A stretch of DNA of 64,000 bases from Utricularia gibba (GCA_002189035.1 NEEC01000015.1:2170001-2234000), one strand, 5' to 3'. Counted from the first letter of the stretch, positions 36,798-50,928 are shown. The notes: generated by a model from the sequence alone, not told the origin. Translations and numbers: made by a program.

Positions 36798-39700
36798 ATG
36801 AACAGCTTCAACACAAACTTTCAGCTGTGGTTTCTATTTCCTTTGGTCATCCTACTGCTCCATGGTCTAGATAAAGGAACTGAAGCTCTCAGTCCTGATG
36901 GTACGCTCGCTGAACTCAAGCTGACGCTCAGTGTGTAGCCTGGTTTCACATATATCTGACATGGTTCGAAGTTTATGTTAAAATGGTTATTTTTCAGGAC
37001 AAGCTCTTGTCAACTTTAGGACAACAATGGTTAGCTCTGATGGCGTTCTTCTTCAGTGGAGGCCTGAGGATGAGCATCCTTGTGGATGGAAAGGAGTGAA
37101 ATGTGATTCTAAGACAAAAAGAGTCACTGCCTTGTAAGTTTCTCTATGCATTAAGACGGTTGAAATATCGATATGATCATTTTTTTTATATGTTATATTT
37201 TGAAATAATCAAAAACAAAAATTTAATGTAACTTGGTTTTAAGCAATAAGTGTGAATCCGCTTGCCTTCTTCACTCCTGAGATTGATTATGTTCATGGAC
37301 TATGCAGGAGTCTTTCTAACCATAAATTGAGTGGACCTATATCATCAGATCTTGGGAAGCTTGAAAAACTGCAGTTTTTGTATGCACCCGTTTCTTTTTC
37401 TCTGACAAAATGTTTTTTGTTTCCCCATTCTAATGCTCCTTTGGACCTTTTCCTGTAGAGCTCTTCATGAAAATAATTTGTATGGGGCGATTCCCGCTGC
37501 ACTCAGCAATTGTTCAGAGCTGCAAACATTGTAAGATTTCTTTTAAGGTGCTATGCTGAGTTTGATCTCACTTTTATTGGTACGTCTCAAGTATTATGGA
37601 ACCTGAATTTGTCTCTGTACTTCAATTGGACCCTCGATTTAACACTCTCTCCAATCATTTTAGGTTCTATGCTGAGTTCTTTTCCTTTCCTTTTCTGAGC
37701 CATTTTCTTTAGTATATCAATATGTTAATTGAATGGGTGAAGGTGACAATGAAATTTACTTGCGTTGTCCTGGTGTTCTCCATTTGTAGGGCGCTTTCTT
37801 CTCCTACAATAACAGCTCTTCCATTATATGCAGATTGTTGCAGGGAAACTATTTAAGTGGAGTGATTCCGAGTGAGTTAGGAAATCTTTTTCAGCTTGAA
37901 AAACTGTAAGATAAATCAGTGACACTAAATCCTCAGACTGATTTAATTTCTCCATTTTTTTTAAAAAAAACAAGGATAATTTTTGAAACTTGGTTTTTAC
38001 TCTTGTATCTAGCATACAGCTGTATAATGAACTCCACATCTGCTACTTTTTCTCAGCGACCTTTCAAGCAACTCTCTCAGTGGGAACATTCCTGCTTCGC
38101 TTGGGAATTTGAAAAAGCTCTCTAAGTTGTGAGTGGCATATGCTTTCCTTTTAAAATAGTTGTTTTCTTTCCTTTCTCTTTCTTTATTCTGATTCAGAAT
38201 CTCTTTCTAATGTTTGAAGTAACGTATCAACAAACTTCTTGGTGGGACCTATACCTTCTGATGGCGTCCTTGCTGGATTCAAAACTGACTCGTAAGTGAT
38301 AAAAATATTTTATTTATATACTGTCTTTATGCTCTGTGCTGTGCTATTGAGCCCTATGATGTTGTACCCTGAACAGTTTTGTTGGAAACCGAGAATTATG
38401 CGGCAGCCAACTCAAAACATGCAAGACTAATGGCACTGGAACCTCAGCATTTTCTGCACCCACTGATTCAGGTTATTAGTTTGCATATGAAAATGCGATT
38501 TTCCTAAGCCATATTTTATTATAATTGGAATGTGTTCTGACTTTCTTCTTATCCACCATATTTAAGGCCAGTTCCAAGGCAAGGAGAAAAATTCAACAAA
38601 GCTTCTTATTAGTGCAGTGGCCACAATCGGTGCATTGCTTTTGGTAGCACTGATGTGCTTTTGGGGGTGTTACCTTTATAAGAGGCTCGGTAAAAATGAT
38701 GTTAAAGGACTCGTGGTGGATATCAGTGGAGGTATTGTTGAAGTGCTTATGTTGATCTTGCGATCTTTCCCTCTGCTGTGCTGTAGAATAATGGTTGGTT
38801 ACTAATATTACTGCATGGCATGCTGAATAACGTTCTAATTTTGTTCAGGAGCCTCCATCGTGATGTTCCATGGAGACCTGCCCTACTCTTCGAGGGATAT
38901 CCTTAAGAAATTGGAACACTTGACCGAGGAACATGTTATTGGTGTCGGAGGGTTTGGAACAGTGTACAAGCTTGCCATGGATGATGGTAACATATTTGCC
39001 TTGAAAAAGATTATGAAGGTGAATGAAGGTTTCGACCACTTTTTTGAAAGAGAACTCGAAATTCTTGGTAGCATCAAGCATAAATACCTCGTGAACCTTA
39101 GGGGGTATTGCAATTCTCCGACATCCAAATTACTGATATATGATTTCTTGCCTGGTGGAAGTCTGGACGAAGCTCTTCATGGTTAGTAATTCTTTTCATC
39201 TCTCCAAAATCGAGTCTCTCTTGTAGCAAAAAGTGGCGTTTGATGGTCTTTTATTTTCCCCCCTTGCAGAAAGAGGTGACCACTTAGACTGGGAGACTCG
39301 TTTACATGTAATCATGGGAGCCGCAAAGGGGCTTGCATATTTGCACCATGATTGCTCTCCTCGAATCGTTCATCGAGACATCAAGTCAAGTAATATTTTG
39401 CTTGATGCAAATTTCGATGCTCGAGTATCAGATTTTGGGTTAGCTAAACTACTGGAAGATGAGGAATCCCACATAACTACTATAGTTGCTGGCACATTTG
39501 GGTATCTAGCTCCAGGTAGGGGATTGTAAGTGAGTTGGTATCTACCGTCAGCTACCTATTTATCAATCCCAAATGGTCACTTTAGACTAAAAAAGTTGGA
39601 ATTTTTCAGAGTACATGCAAAGCGGGAGAGCTACAGAGAAGACTGATGTTTACAGTTTTGGCGTTTTGGTTCTTGAGATCGTGAGCAGAAAACGGCCAAT

Positions 39701-40042
39701 CGATGCATCATTCATCGAGAAGGGACTGAATATTGTTGGATGGGTATGTATGTATATACACATGTATATCCCTTTTGCGTCTCCCTCATTTTGGTCATTC
39801 AACTTGTGCTTCTCATCTTGCAGCTGAATACTCTGGCTTCTGAAAACAGACAACGAGAAATAGTTGACCCACACTGCGAAGGAGTTGAGACAGAAAGCCT
39901 CGACGCCCTGCTGTCGATAGCCATCCAATGTGTTTCTTCTGCTCCACAGGATCGTCCCACGATGCACAGAGTCATCCAGATTCTTGAATCCGAAGTCATG
40001 ACTCCTTGCCCCAGTGACTTCTATGATTCGAATTCGGAGTGA
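36798..40042 (+). CDS. FEI: LRR receptor-like Ser/Thr kinase FEI1/FEI2, multi-exon
   Basis: ALSPDG|[20 protein letters not shown], single-LRR exons, [26 protein letters not shown], kinase [48 protein letters not shown] and the FEI-type end [13 protein letters not shown]. Confidence 0.95.
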
Positions 40043-41352
40043 TGGCTTCGCCCTTCATCCTTTCTCGCTCTAATGTGACTCAAGAGTGCAGCAAGCAATC
40101 AGAGATGGTCCTCCGTTTCTTTCACCATGTCTTCTCTTCTCTGGAACTATTTTGTTCATTCATTCTGCAAGGAAAAGGTACAGTGATCAATCTGATTTGT
40201 GAACCCTGGGGTGATGAGGTCCAGTCCTCGGCTGCCGATGGTTTGATTCCTGGTGCTTCTTCCCTTTGTTCCTACGTATGCTTCTGTTTTGGAAACTGAC
40301 TGTTGTTAAGCTGTTGGCATCCCCCCTCTTCCTGCTCGTTCGCTCTTCCTTCATTGGATAAGGTGTCTTTTTGGGTAGCCTGTAATTGAATTGTTCATGG
40401 GATGGACGTGTAAACTTCTTTACATGAAGATTCAGTGTTCATGTATTCATCTGTCAGATTATTGCATAGAAAAGGAAAGCATTATCATATATCGAACTTC
40501 ACTATTTGATTCTAGTCCTAGTGTAATGAGCCCGAAGTCATGAACAGCTCAAGAACACGCCGATTCTCGTTCTCCATGGGGTGGAAGCTCCAACACCATG
40601 GCATTGCACAGATGATGAACCAGGAAAACGAATAGGCAACAGTTGCCTGAAGTAGCAAACAAAAGTTCTCCGGTTACGCAAGTATGGCGTTATATAGACC
40701 TTGAAAATAGCGACTTCAAAGGAAGCTGCAAGCGACGCAAATGCACCAAAAAACCAGAATGTTCGTAAGACACAAGATCCAATGATTTCGTGAAAGCACT
40801 CTTTCTCAGATCCAGCAACAAGTACTTACAATACCGGAAAGAACGGAAAGAAAAGGTAGATGGAATAGGTGATACCAGAGATCTCCTCATCAGAGTTGAA
40901 ATTGATTGATTCACTGCGGACTCGGATTCAGTTGATGCAAGGCGGGAAAGAGATAGGAATTCCGATTCCGATCGACCGGAACAACGAGCCGTTCCCGACC
41001 TGCACCAAGCGAATTAGAGGCCGCCGCAACGAAACTCCGGTTCAGGTTTCGGTGGCGCAGTTGGAAACCACGACCACACCCCAGGGTCAAAAGAACTGTG
41101 CTAGATATTTAACAGTTCTATTTATAATAAAATAAAACAGAGGATTAAATACCACATACCCAAAACTGGCATGTAATAGCCCAAGCTAGGGAATGGTCTT
41201 CAGACCCAGTAATAGTAGGATGCGGCCCGGCCCAAAATACTAAACATCGACTTTTTTCTTATTGTTGAATAATAATTTAATCGAAATATACACATCTGGA
41301 GCCTGGAGGTACTCAAAAACGGAAAGCTTGGATGAAATTTTCATGGCGGATC

Positions 41353-41946
41353 TCAGCGAGCCCTGGTGGTGCAATGAGGATGAACAGCGGTGCGATTGAT
41401 GGGCAGACGAAGTTCACAATCCAGACTCAGCCTCAATGTTATAGGCGCAATGAAACCGGCGGACCACCGGGCCCTCGTCGTCCCCGTCACCTCCACAACG
41501 GCTATCCCCTGCCTGAGTTCACCGGTAAGCATTTCCGACTCTCTTGGATCCAGAGGAATGGGTGAAGATTGAGCCACGTAATGCAGCTGCAACGAACGAT
41601 TGGCGGGGATTTCGAAAGGCATGGCAGCTAACCGTGCGATTGTCCTGCCGTAGAAAATGAGGTTAAAGCTTGTGCTGTAGAAGTTCACATTCGCCTTTTG
41701 GTTGTCGTTCTTGGCTAGGAGAATGATGGAGACTTGGAGGGTAAGCAATCCGGACTGGTCGAATAAGATGGAGTCGAGTTGGGATTGGGTGATGCTCATT
41801 TGCGGGACTCTAGGTTTTATTGCTAGGTAAAGGACGAAGACGGCGACGCCGGCGATTATCACGGCAGCGGTAATGACAGCGCAAATGACGGCTAGGCACC
41901 AGATGAGGGGGTGGGTGCGGCGGGGACCGAGAACGGGTTTCGGCAT
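41353..41946 (-). CDS. LEA_2 / NDR1-HIN1-like protein (intronless)
   Basis: MPKPVLGPRRTHPLIWCLAVICAVITAAVIIAG..YLAIKPRVP, AKNDNQKANVNFY and C-terminal LSLDCEL. Confidence 0.88.
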   Translation of the reverse strand: MPKPVLGPRRTHPLIWCLAVICAVITAAVIIAGVAVFVLYLAIKPRVPQMSITQSQLDSILFDQSGLLTLQVSIILLAKNDNQKANVNFYSTSFNLIFYGRTIARLAAMPFEIPANRSLQLHYVAQSSPIPLDPRESEMLTGELRQGIAVVEVTGTTRARWSAGFIAPITLRLSLDCELRLPINRTAVHPHCTTRAR

Positions 41947-42374
41947 TGGATGATTGAGGAGTAGAAGAACATCAGGGAGGAAGAAAAGGAGATGGGTTTT
42001 GAGGTAATCGGAGGACAAGGTTTTCGCATCTTATCTTCCTTCCCTTGGCAGAAAGCCTTCTTTATGATTCCCAGACATAGAAGAAAGCTTGGGCATCACA
42101 TCTGCAACTAAACTCCGGTTTCCCGTTTCAGCTTTCAGGCAACTTAAAATAGGGATCTTGGCATGGGGATGTTCCGTTCTGGTGGTTTTTGTATGCTGAA
42201 CAAGATGGTACGGAAAAAACCAGCAACGGTGAATCTCTACATGCCTGAATGAGAAGTCTGATGATATCATAGATAGCTGCTGCAGTTCATCCTTGAAAGC
42301 AAGAATGGAACTGAGTTATTCATGAGTTAACGACGGATTGAGCATACAACAGGGAGAGATTCATCTGCAGATCA

Positions 42375-42994
42375 TCACTTCCACTTCTTGAATTTTCCCC
42401 AAACATTCCATGCTTGCCACCCTTGTGCTTTCCGAATTTACCATGCTTGAACTTGCCGTGCTTCCCATGCCCGTAGTGGCCGCCCATGCCGTAGCTGTGG
42501 CCGTAGTGAGACGCAGCTCCGTGTGCCATGTGCTGCGCACCCATTGCAGCAGCTGCTGCGGCAGCACCTCCGGCTATAACAGCGCCCAAGGACCCCCCTG
42601 AAATCGAACATATCCGAGCATATATACATGGATTTAGGCTTGCAATTTACAATCAAGACCAGGCTACTCAGGAGACTAGTCAAACAAGCACACATTCTCA
42701 GCAGTTTCTGCACGGGAAAAGAACCTGCGTGATGTCCAGCATGGCCTCCGGGATACGCAGATGGTGGATACCCGGACGGAGGATATCCCGAAGGAGGATA
42801 GCCGGACGGAGGATACCCCGACGGAGGATAGCCGGAGGGGGGTAACCCTGTGGAGGGTATCCAGAGGGTGGATAGCCCTGAGGAGGGTAACCTCCAGGGT
42901 ATCCTTGTGGAGGATAACCACCCTGGAGATGGGAGAATAGCCCTTTGTCAGACTCGTCTTCTTTGTTATGCTTCTTATCCTTACCTCCTCCCAT
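42375..42994 (-). CDS. Glycine- and proline-rich protein (GPRP; XYPPX repeats), 2 exons
   Basis: MGGGKDK..DKGLFSHL, GYPPQGYPP repeats, GGAAAAAAAMGAQH and HGKFKHGKFGKH..GMFG(G)KFKKWK*. Apparent -1 indels at 42837-42842 and 42397-42400. Confidence 0.9.
42765..42925 (-). repeat. Coding minisatellite (about 15-bp units) encoding GYPP(Q/S) repeats
   Basis: Repeated GGATA(C/G/T)CC(G)GACGGA and GGGTA(A/T)CC units on the + strand. Confidence 0.85.
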
Positions 42995-43683
42995 TTTCGG
43001 TTTTACCTGAAGAAGTTACCCAGAAAATGATCATTCCATTAAAAACGAAAAACAAAAGCGGCATCTGGTCTCCTCTCATCGCGTAGTAGATACAAAAACA
43101 GCACCATTGAACAACCTAAATTTCTATGTCCAATCAAAATTGATGCTCACTCATCCACAGCCGTACGAAAAGAAGGAAACTTTGGGATCAAACCCACGAA
43201 CCCAGAACAACCATCCAAGGAAATACACACGATAACCCCATGAAACCGATCAAAGTACCTTGAAACGATTCAAGCGCCAGGCTTCGGGCTTAGAGTCGGC
43301 TGGAGACGACGATCGAATTTATGGGAACTTCCGGAGCTGGGTGGCGGCTCTTTTGATTCTACGCGTTCCTTGGACGCGAAGTTGACGCGTTTCCACGACT
43401 TTTATTCCGCAAATTATTGTCTGATCTTATCTCCTCCTCATGGGGTTTACGAGGAGTAGTTGATGTCAGAGTTTGCCTTGAAGGAGGAGTGCCTCTGCGA
43501 GCTCCCTCAGTCTTGATTCTTTAAGGGCTTATTCGACTTCATTGTAACAACGAAACATCTTCCCCAACCCCCATTTTACTTCTCGTCAATTGCTACTGTA
43601 AACATGAAAATCATCTCCCCAGAGTACATAAGATTACGAGTTTCAAAGATGGCATTGCAGTGGTTCACAGGGGCCACTGATTC

Positions 43684-45732
43684 TCAACAAAACCTTAGAG
43701 CGGCTTCCAGTTCCTTCTCGTCGTCGCAGTTGTAACCAAGGAGGTAAGCCCGGGCTGAAGAAAGAAGCCAATGTAGTGGTAACTAATGCGGGCAGAAAAT
43801 GGGGAAATGATGAAGAGATTGGATCCTACCGAAACGGCCAGACCCCATGAACGGCTCTGCTTCGTCACAAGCTCCACCTTGTTGCTGCTCCTGCTCCTCC
43901 TGCGTTTCATTCATCGAAGTGAATGATGGGGAGGGGAAGCAAAAGCGAATCAGTGTACTGGGGAATATATTTCCATCCTGCGTGGGAAAGAGGGTGTGTG
44001 GGAGTCGGAATAGGCATTACCGCATCAGCTTCCATTTCGGCAGGAGAGAGTAATCTATCGAAACAGCGGCCGGATATTGTGCACACCAAGAGTTCACTTC
44101 TGGGATTTACGATGATTTCTCTGCATGCATCGTCGCAGACTGCATAAACAAAAGGACAAGTCAGGTGAAATGCTACCATATCATTCGTTTGACAGAAAAA
44201 CAAAGCGCAAGGCCCCACCATGAACATTTCCAGTCTTCTCGCATATGAAGACATCCCCAATTTCGTAGTAGGTGCAGCTTTCGCCAGAACAGGCATGATT
44301 GGCCACCCATGCGTCAGTGAGGCCTCGACTACTCTTCCACATTGAAACTTGGTCAGCGAGTGTTTTGTCAAGAATCATACGGTCATCATTCACCTTAATG
44401 CAATATTAACAGACAGTTATGGATGGCCTGCCTGTCTCCGTTAAAGAACCTCAGTACAAAACAACTCAAAATAAATGGAAGAAGCATATATTTGCGATAC
44501 ATGGATTTGATAAAGAAGAATGCAAATTCTGATAAGAACAGACAGCATCATTTCTCATTTCGTTTAGTATCAATTTATGTTTACCTGAGGAGTAGGTGCT
44601 TGGCTTCTCTTTGCCACCTGCATCTGTATGTAATATTCTTTGAAATCAGATGGGCAATTGCGCACAAACTCTGCCATATCTTCTTCATCACGCTGAGTGA
44701 TGAAATTTAGATGTGGGTCAATCTTACATCCAAACAGAGGAAACATGATCTATGATCGGCACGTTACCTGGATGTAAAGCTTCTTCCACGCACATTCCCG
44801 AGGCTTTTTAGGAGGCAATAGACCCCATCGCATGCCATATCTAGGAGAATGTTAGGTATAAATATTTAAGTTGAAACAGCACAAAGTGGAAAAGAAGACA
44901 AAAGAGGAAGAGGAACTAACAGCCGACGCCACAAGGATTCGTCCGAGGCGGCCAAGTTTAGGAATCGGCAAACCAAAGAACAAGAGACAAGATCCTGTAA
45001 CAGCAGACTTATAAAAAATCACAAATACCAACTATAACAAACAAAAATTTCTGCAGACACAGAAGATACCTCTGAAGATAAAAATTTTAGGATGTGAAAC
45101 ACCAATTCTGGAGGTATGTCGCAGAAAACCCCAGTCTCAATCCTTCTAAGCGATAGAGCACTATCAGTAACAAGCACCCCTTTACCGTTATTTTTGGGAA
45201 TGGCAAAACTACTTCTTTTGGGGGGAGAAGAAGCACTATCAACGTCAGCTACTAAATCAACAGAAGATAATGATGACGACTCCGATCTTACAGCATTAAG
45301 CAACCCTTCATCACTAATTTCACCATTATCAACTCTGATTTTCTTTGCCTCCTGGCGTTCCTTCTCTTCCTCTTCACTTAAATCAGTAACTTCAATGTGC
45401 AGCCTCTTCCTGTTCTCTTCACTCTGGTTCTCTTCTTCCTCTGTTTCCCAGTTCTCCTGCTACAAGAAGACGCATGCACGCTATAAAATTAGTAGATGAA
45501 TGATTTTTCTGCCCAACTGGAGGGTGGGTAGATTTCAAAAACACCCCAAATCAGACGCACATAGCCAAAATAGACAATCCATGAGAAAAATAACCATCCA
45601 AGAAATCTGGAACCTTCACAAAAACATCAGAGACAGAATTAAGATATGCCTGCACACCTGATCGGAGATCTCAGAAAGGATTTCAGACTCGAGGAAATGA
45701 GCAAGTTTCTCATCTTCATCATCAGACGCCAT
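43684..45732 (-). CDS. SKIP31: F-box protein SKIP31-like, multi-exon
   Basis: [39 protein letters not shown]|DL (F-box), [34 protein letters not shown]|[22 protein letters not shown] and EPFMGSGRF|[23 protein letters not shown]. Confidence 0.87.
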
Positions 45733-46718
45733 AGAAACCAAAGAATCGCCAGAAAACGTCCACAGATCCCTTAGCCAGGCAAGCGACCGTCAGACGGATA
45801 CGATACGCAAAGACGATAAACAGTCACCGCCGGCGATTCAATCCGGAAGACGTCGATGAATCTGAACCGTCCATCAACCGCTGGATGGAATCCTGGCGAG
45901 GGCTCAAGCGCACACTTCGATTTCGGCCCTCGTAAATGGGCTAAGCCCGGGTCGGTTAACCGGATCTTGATATGTTATTCTGTTACCGGTACGAAAGAAC
46001 AAATCCCCACCGTTCATTCTTCAGAATCTTGATCGCCAAGCTTTATTGAAACTAAAATTCTTGATGAAACACCACCAAATTATTAATTCAAATATGACTA
46101 TTTTTCTCATTATTCATGATAATTATTTATTTCACTCATAAATATTCAATTATAATTAAATTATCATAAATTTATATATTTTTACTTATTTATCATTCAC
46201 ACCACTTCTTTATAAATACAAAAAATACCCTTATACATACTTTTTACATATAAATGAATAATTTAAATAAACACCAAATTAATTTTTTAATTAAAATGAT
46301 ATTGTGATTAATAAATTAATTTATTATATTTAAATGCATAAACATACATTCATGAGAATGAAGACCATCATTTTTATTTACCAAAATTCCTCATTATATA
46401 AATAAAATCACACCCTGGATATAAAAGATTTTCATTAAAATCACTTTTAATTGATGTAAATTTAAATTATTTGTATAGAAATAAAATATTTTTGGTATAA
46501 TTATTTGATAAGCATTTATTAAAAATAATATTTTGAAAAAAGTAAATAGATTACAAATGGTACTATCGGCAAAAAAGAAGTTTATTGTGATGACAAGAAA
46601 GGGTTATTGTTGCAAAACAGAACAGTCGCAGAGTAAAACTGTCGCCGGCGGTGGGTTTCCCGAGTCCCGACGATCAAAGATAAAGCTGGCGCTTATAAAT
46701 CACGGAATCTACTTGGCA

Positions 46719-48949
46719 TCAGTGGATTCTACATAGTGCAAGGTACGCCATAAACCTATACCCAACGAGCATCACCATCATCACGGCAGCGTCCGCCCAC
46801 AATCCCGTCAATCCCACCGCCTTCACCGCCGGAAATTCCGATACACTGCAATAAACCCCTTTTCCACACTCGTAAACCTCATCTCCATTATACTGAACTC
46901 CCATCAGTAGCTTGTAACAATAGTAACTGAAGCTCAGATTTTTCATCCACCCAATAAAGGGTGGGATCCTCCTCACGAAGTAGCCTCCGGCGATTAGAAA
47001 CACCAGTGTGGTTACAGAGGCCAGAGTAGCAGCTTGCTTGACATCCATTAAAATAGCTCCAAATGCTAATCCGAGACCTTGGGAGACCAGAACACTGAGT
47101 AAGACCACTAGGAGGGATAAAATGAAGGTGATAGGATCAGGCTTGAGCCCCCCCATCCAGTAGAAGATGAATGTGAATGTGGTCGGAAGGGCGAGGTCGA
47201 GAGGCAAATCGCCGACGATCCGAGCAAGGAAATACGACGAAAGACGGTACATTGAGGATGATTTCTCTTTGATCAGCATAGATTTCTCTTGCGGGAATGT
47301 GAATACAGCGTTGTAGAGTGGATAGAACCCCCAGAAGACTGAGAAGAAGAAGAGCATCGCAATCTGTAGTCGGAAAACGGTACAGAGTTAATCACAATGG
47401 CTTCTGTTTATTCATCTAGTTTTTTGTTTTGTAGATTTCTTACGCGATCATCGATGTGGGATGGTGGAGTTTGCCACCACAGAAGGCCACCAAGGATGGC
47501 AACACTGAGGACTTGGAAGATTCTGAGTTTGTTGAATACTTCGAATCTCCTTTCCCTCAGACCCCTTTGAATAAGAATCTTGAACTGATACCACCAGCTT
47601 GTGTTCCATTTCGGTGATTTCCCATCACATCCTGACAAAAAAAATTTTGGAACAAGCTGTAAGGGTCGAAGAAGAAGAAAGTACAGGTGTTTTATGAGCC
47701 GTACTTGTGGAGGCCTCTAATGGATAACAGTAGGCGTTTATCTCCGCGCTGCGTAGCTCGGTCTTCAGCCTTGCGGAAATGCCCTTCTCGTATGAAGCGA
47801 GAAGGAGCTCCTTCACATACTTGTGATCTTGTTGGATGGTTTCAGTATGATCACATGCCTGCTGATAATCAGGTCCTATTCCTATCACAATTCACTCATC
47901 GGGTTTAACTTCGTTACGTGAAACATCAAGCAGCAAGATGAGGAGAAGGGGAAGAAGCTTACCGTTGGCGAGATCAAGCAAAATATCGGCAGGATTTGCA
48001 GAAATGGGAGATGAAAAGCCGATCGAAGAGAAGTACTCCAGAGCCTGTGAAGCAAGGCCGTAGTATATAGGCCGGCCTTCAGACAACAACACTACTTTGT
48101 CAAACATATGGTAGAGCCTGCTTGATGGCTGATGAATGGTGGTTATGATCGTTCTGCCGCCGCTGGATAAGGCTTTCAGGGTGTTGATGATCCGCTGAGC
48201 CGTGGTGGAATCGAGGCCGGATGTTGGCTCATCGAGCAACAGCAAGCTGGGATTGATCAGCATTTCCAGGCCTATACTGACTCTCTTCTTTTCTCCACCT
48301 GATATTCCCCTGAAGTGTGGCCCTCCAATCATGCTGTTTTTGCACCTACTGAGTCCCAGTTCCTCCAAAACATTCTCAACATGGCGTGATTTCTCCTCCT
48401 TAGTGAGGGTTCTGGGAAGCCTGAGAAGTGCGGTGAACAACAGTGTTTCGAATACGGTGAGGTGCGGATAAAAAACATCATCTTGAGCAACAAAGCCGGT
48501 TCTTCGTCTTATGGAGCTTGAAAATGGCTGCCCATTGTATGTGATCTTCCCCGATAGCTTTCCGGTGAGACGGCCACCGAGGCCTGTCAGAAGGGTTGTC
48601 TTTCCGCTGCCGGAGGGGCCGAGCATCGCCAGAATCTCTCCCGGGGAAACCACGCCCGTGATTCCATTCAGTATAGTCTTCTCCTTGGAGACAGCTGGTG
48701 ATGCAGATCCAAAGAAAAAGCTTTTCCTCTCACAGTTCACCTTGAACGCCACCTCCTCAAACTAAAACCAAACATAATGAATCTCCCAGCATCATCAACA
48801 ACAACAAACAAGAGAAAGAATACCTTTATAGTGATCGGAAACAGAGCTCCCTGGAGAAGTGATCGTGATCCGGCTAATGCCGGACAGGTCTGGCCACTGG
48901 TTTCCAAGGCGTTGGTGGCGGGTCTGGGAGCAACAGATGACAAAGGCAT
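46719..48949 (-). CDS. ABCG14: Half-size ABC transporter, ABCG14-like
   Basis: [16 protein letters not shown]|FEEV, Walker [10 protein letters not shown], signature ISGGEKKRV, Walker [14 protein letters not shown] and TM domain [30 protein letters not shown]. The N-terminus and the [11 protein letters not shown] segment resemble ABCG14. Confidence 0.88.
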
Positions 48950-50928
48950 CCTACACTCAGGCTGTGCGAAGAAGATCTCAAGTGATGTGTCTGAGTCACT
49001 GGTTACCGCTGAAGCGAGAGTATATAATATAACTAGCAGAAAAATTAACCCTGATGTTAGGAATAAAGTGTTTTTTAATTCTCTGTAGTGGGAAACTACT
49101 ACCCTCTTCTCCCTTTTTGCACCAAGAACATGGTGCAGTCCCTGTAGCGTTCTTGCAAAAGATAAAGCGACCAAATCCTGGTAAAAACAACACAATATAT
49201 TGGGTAGGTCCGCGTGCCCCACTCCTGTCTCAATGAGACAACAAGCGTATACCCAGAATGCAAAACCCAAGTGCTTCGAGTGCCAAAGACAACCAGAGTC
49301 CCAAGGATCTTGGCGAAAATGGGAGCAGAGAAGAAGCTCCGAGGCCGAGGAACAGAAACGTTGCAAATTAGGGACAGAGTTACAGAGACGGGGTGGAATG
49401 TGCATGGATAGTACATCACTACATGCAAAGAGATAGCATCGTCTGTGTTGCAAGCTTTTGTCCTCTGGATAACATCAGAGTCTTCATCCTTATCAGTGCA
49501 CCCAACAGAAAGGTTCCTTCTTACATTCTTTTTCCCTAAAGAAATGATGTGCCTGCACAGTGACGATCCCTTGATGCAAGTACTGATGCGACATGACCCT
49601 AGTGAATAGTTACAAAGATATTGGAACAGCAGAGGAATATTTAGCGTTGGCCCATCGAACGGAGCAGATGAGAAGAAGGGAGGGAAAGGCTTCACTGTTC
49701 CACGCTTGCTGCTACATTCCTCCCCTAGACATCGCATCTCTTCCATTTTCCTTAAAGACCTACACATAGAATATGCGGAGTCCTTAACCAGCCATGAGTG
49801 TGCATTGAATTATTACGAGAGAGGGCCTTTATTCTTGCTGCAGTTAGTTCTTTGAGGAAAGGGGAAGAAGGGACACAGAAGATTGAACCAAAGACTCAGT
49901 TATCTTGGTCTGTATTTGCACAGGCATACGTTTGCTTATCCAGTAATGAATGGAGAAGTGATGACTTCAGCGTAGGAAGTGATCACTGTGCTGCAGCTTC
50001 GGGATAAACCAGTGACTGAAACATGGGCACATGGGAGATAAAAAGCGAACACCTCACTCTTAAGAAACACAACAGCTTGGAAGGTAGTGGACGCAATGCT
50101 TTCATACTCATACTCCATCTCTCCTACTGTTGGCATCGCAGTTTTCTTTCTACTCGTGACATGACGCTGCATGATTGAATCCGGTACTGTGGTCCGGAAG
50201 TAGACCATATCTCACTCTCCGTTTCTTTAACATAGTCGCAGTTAGCACAGACGCATTTTTCTGCTTCGACATATACCATCATCACAAGCAAAAGGAAGGA
50301 GGAATGATCAGGAAAGCAGTTGACAGTGGTGACAGAATTTGGTTGTCCATACGCACAGTGAAAGTAACCCAAAATTGAAATGTGTTTGAGCACTAGAGAA
50401 GACAGAGTAACAGCTCTTCCTTATCATCATCTACGCATCCATCCCTTTCTCTGAGATACGACACAACCTTTAGGCTGCTGCTTTGAATATCTTTGGAACC
50501 ATACGTGACGCAAATCATTCCCCGTTGACAAAGGGGCAATTCCTTGGGCCACTGATTAAAGCAAGTTCTCATCTCCCAACTAATAATATTGCAGGAGCAG
50601 AAGTTACAGTTGGATCCAGAGCTGGGATTACCTTGCTGCTCTTCATCAGTGTGCCCGTCGGTTGGTCGACTGGTGGTATTTCTTAAAGAAGTAGACGGGG
50701 TGAACCCCAGAGTTAAGCTTGCCCCCACACCAGAGCTTTGTGCACACAGCAACTTGGGGACACCTTTGAAGGCTCTTTTGCTTTTCCAAATAGCAGGATG
50801 ACAACTTGGATACAAAGTGCTTCTTCTCAAACTCCAACTTACAAGTGTGTTTTATCTACTCCATAGTTTTTGTTGAAATTAATTATACTCTTTAAGTCCA
50901 ATTATACAATAAATGTAGATTATTCAAA

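Noticed and set aside
42698-42994. Short direct repeats considered as a CRISPR-like or satellite array
   Set aside because: They are in-frame coding repeats for GYPP motifs in a plant GPRP gene, with no unique spacers and no cas genes.
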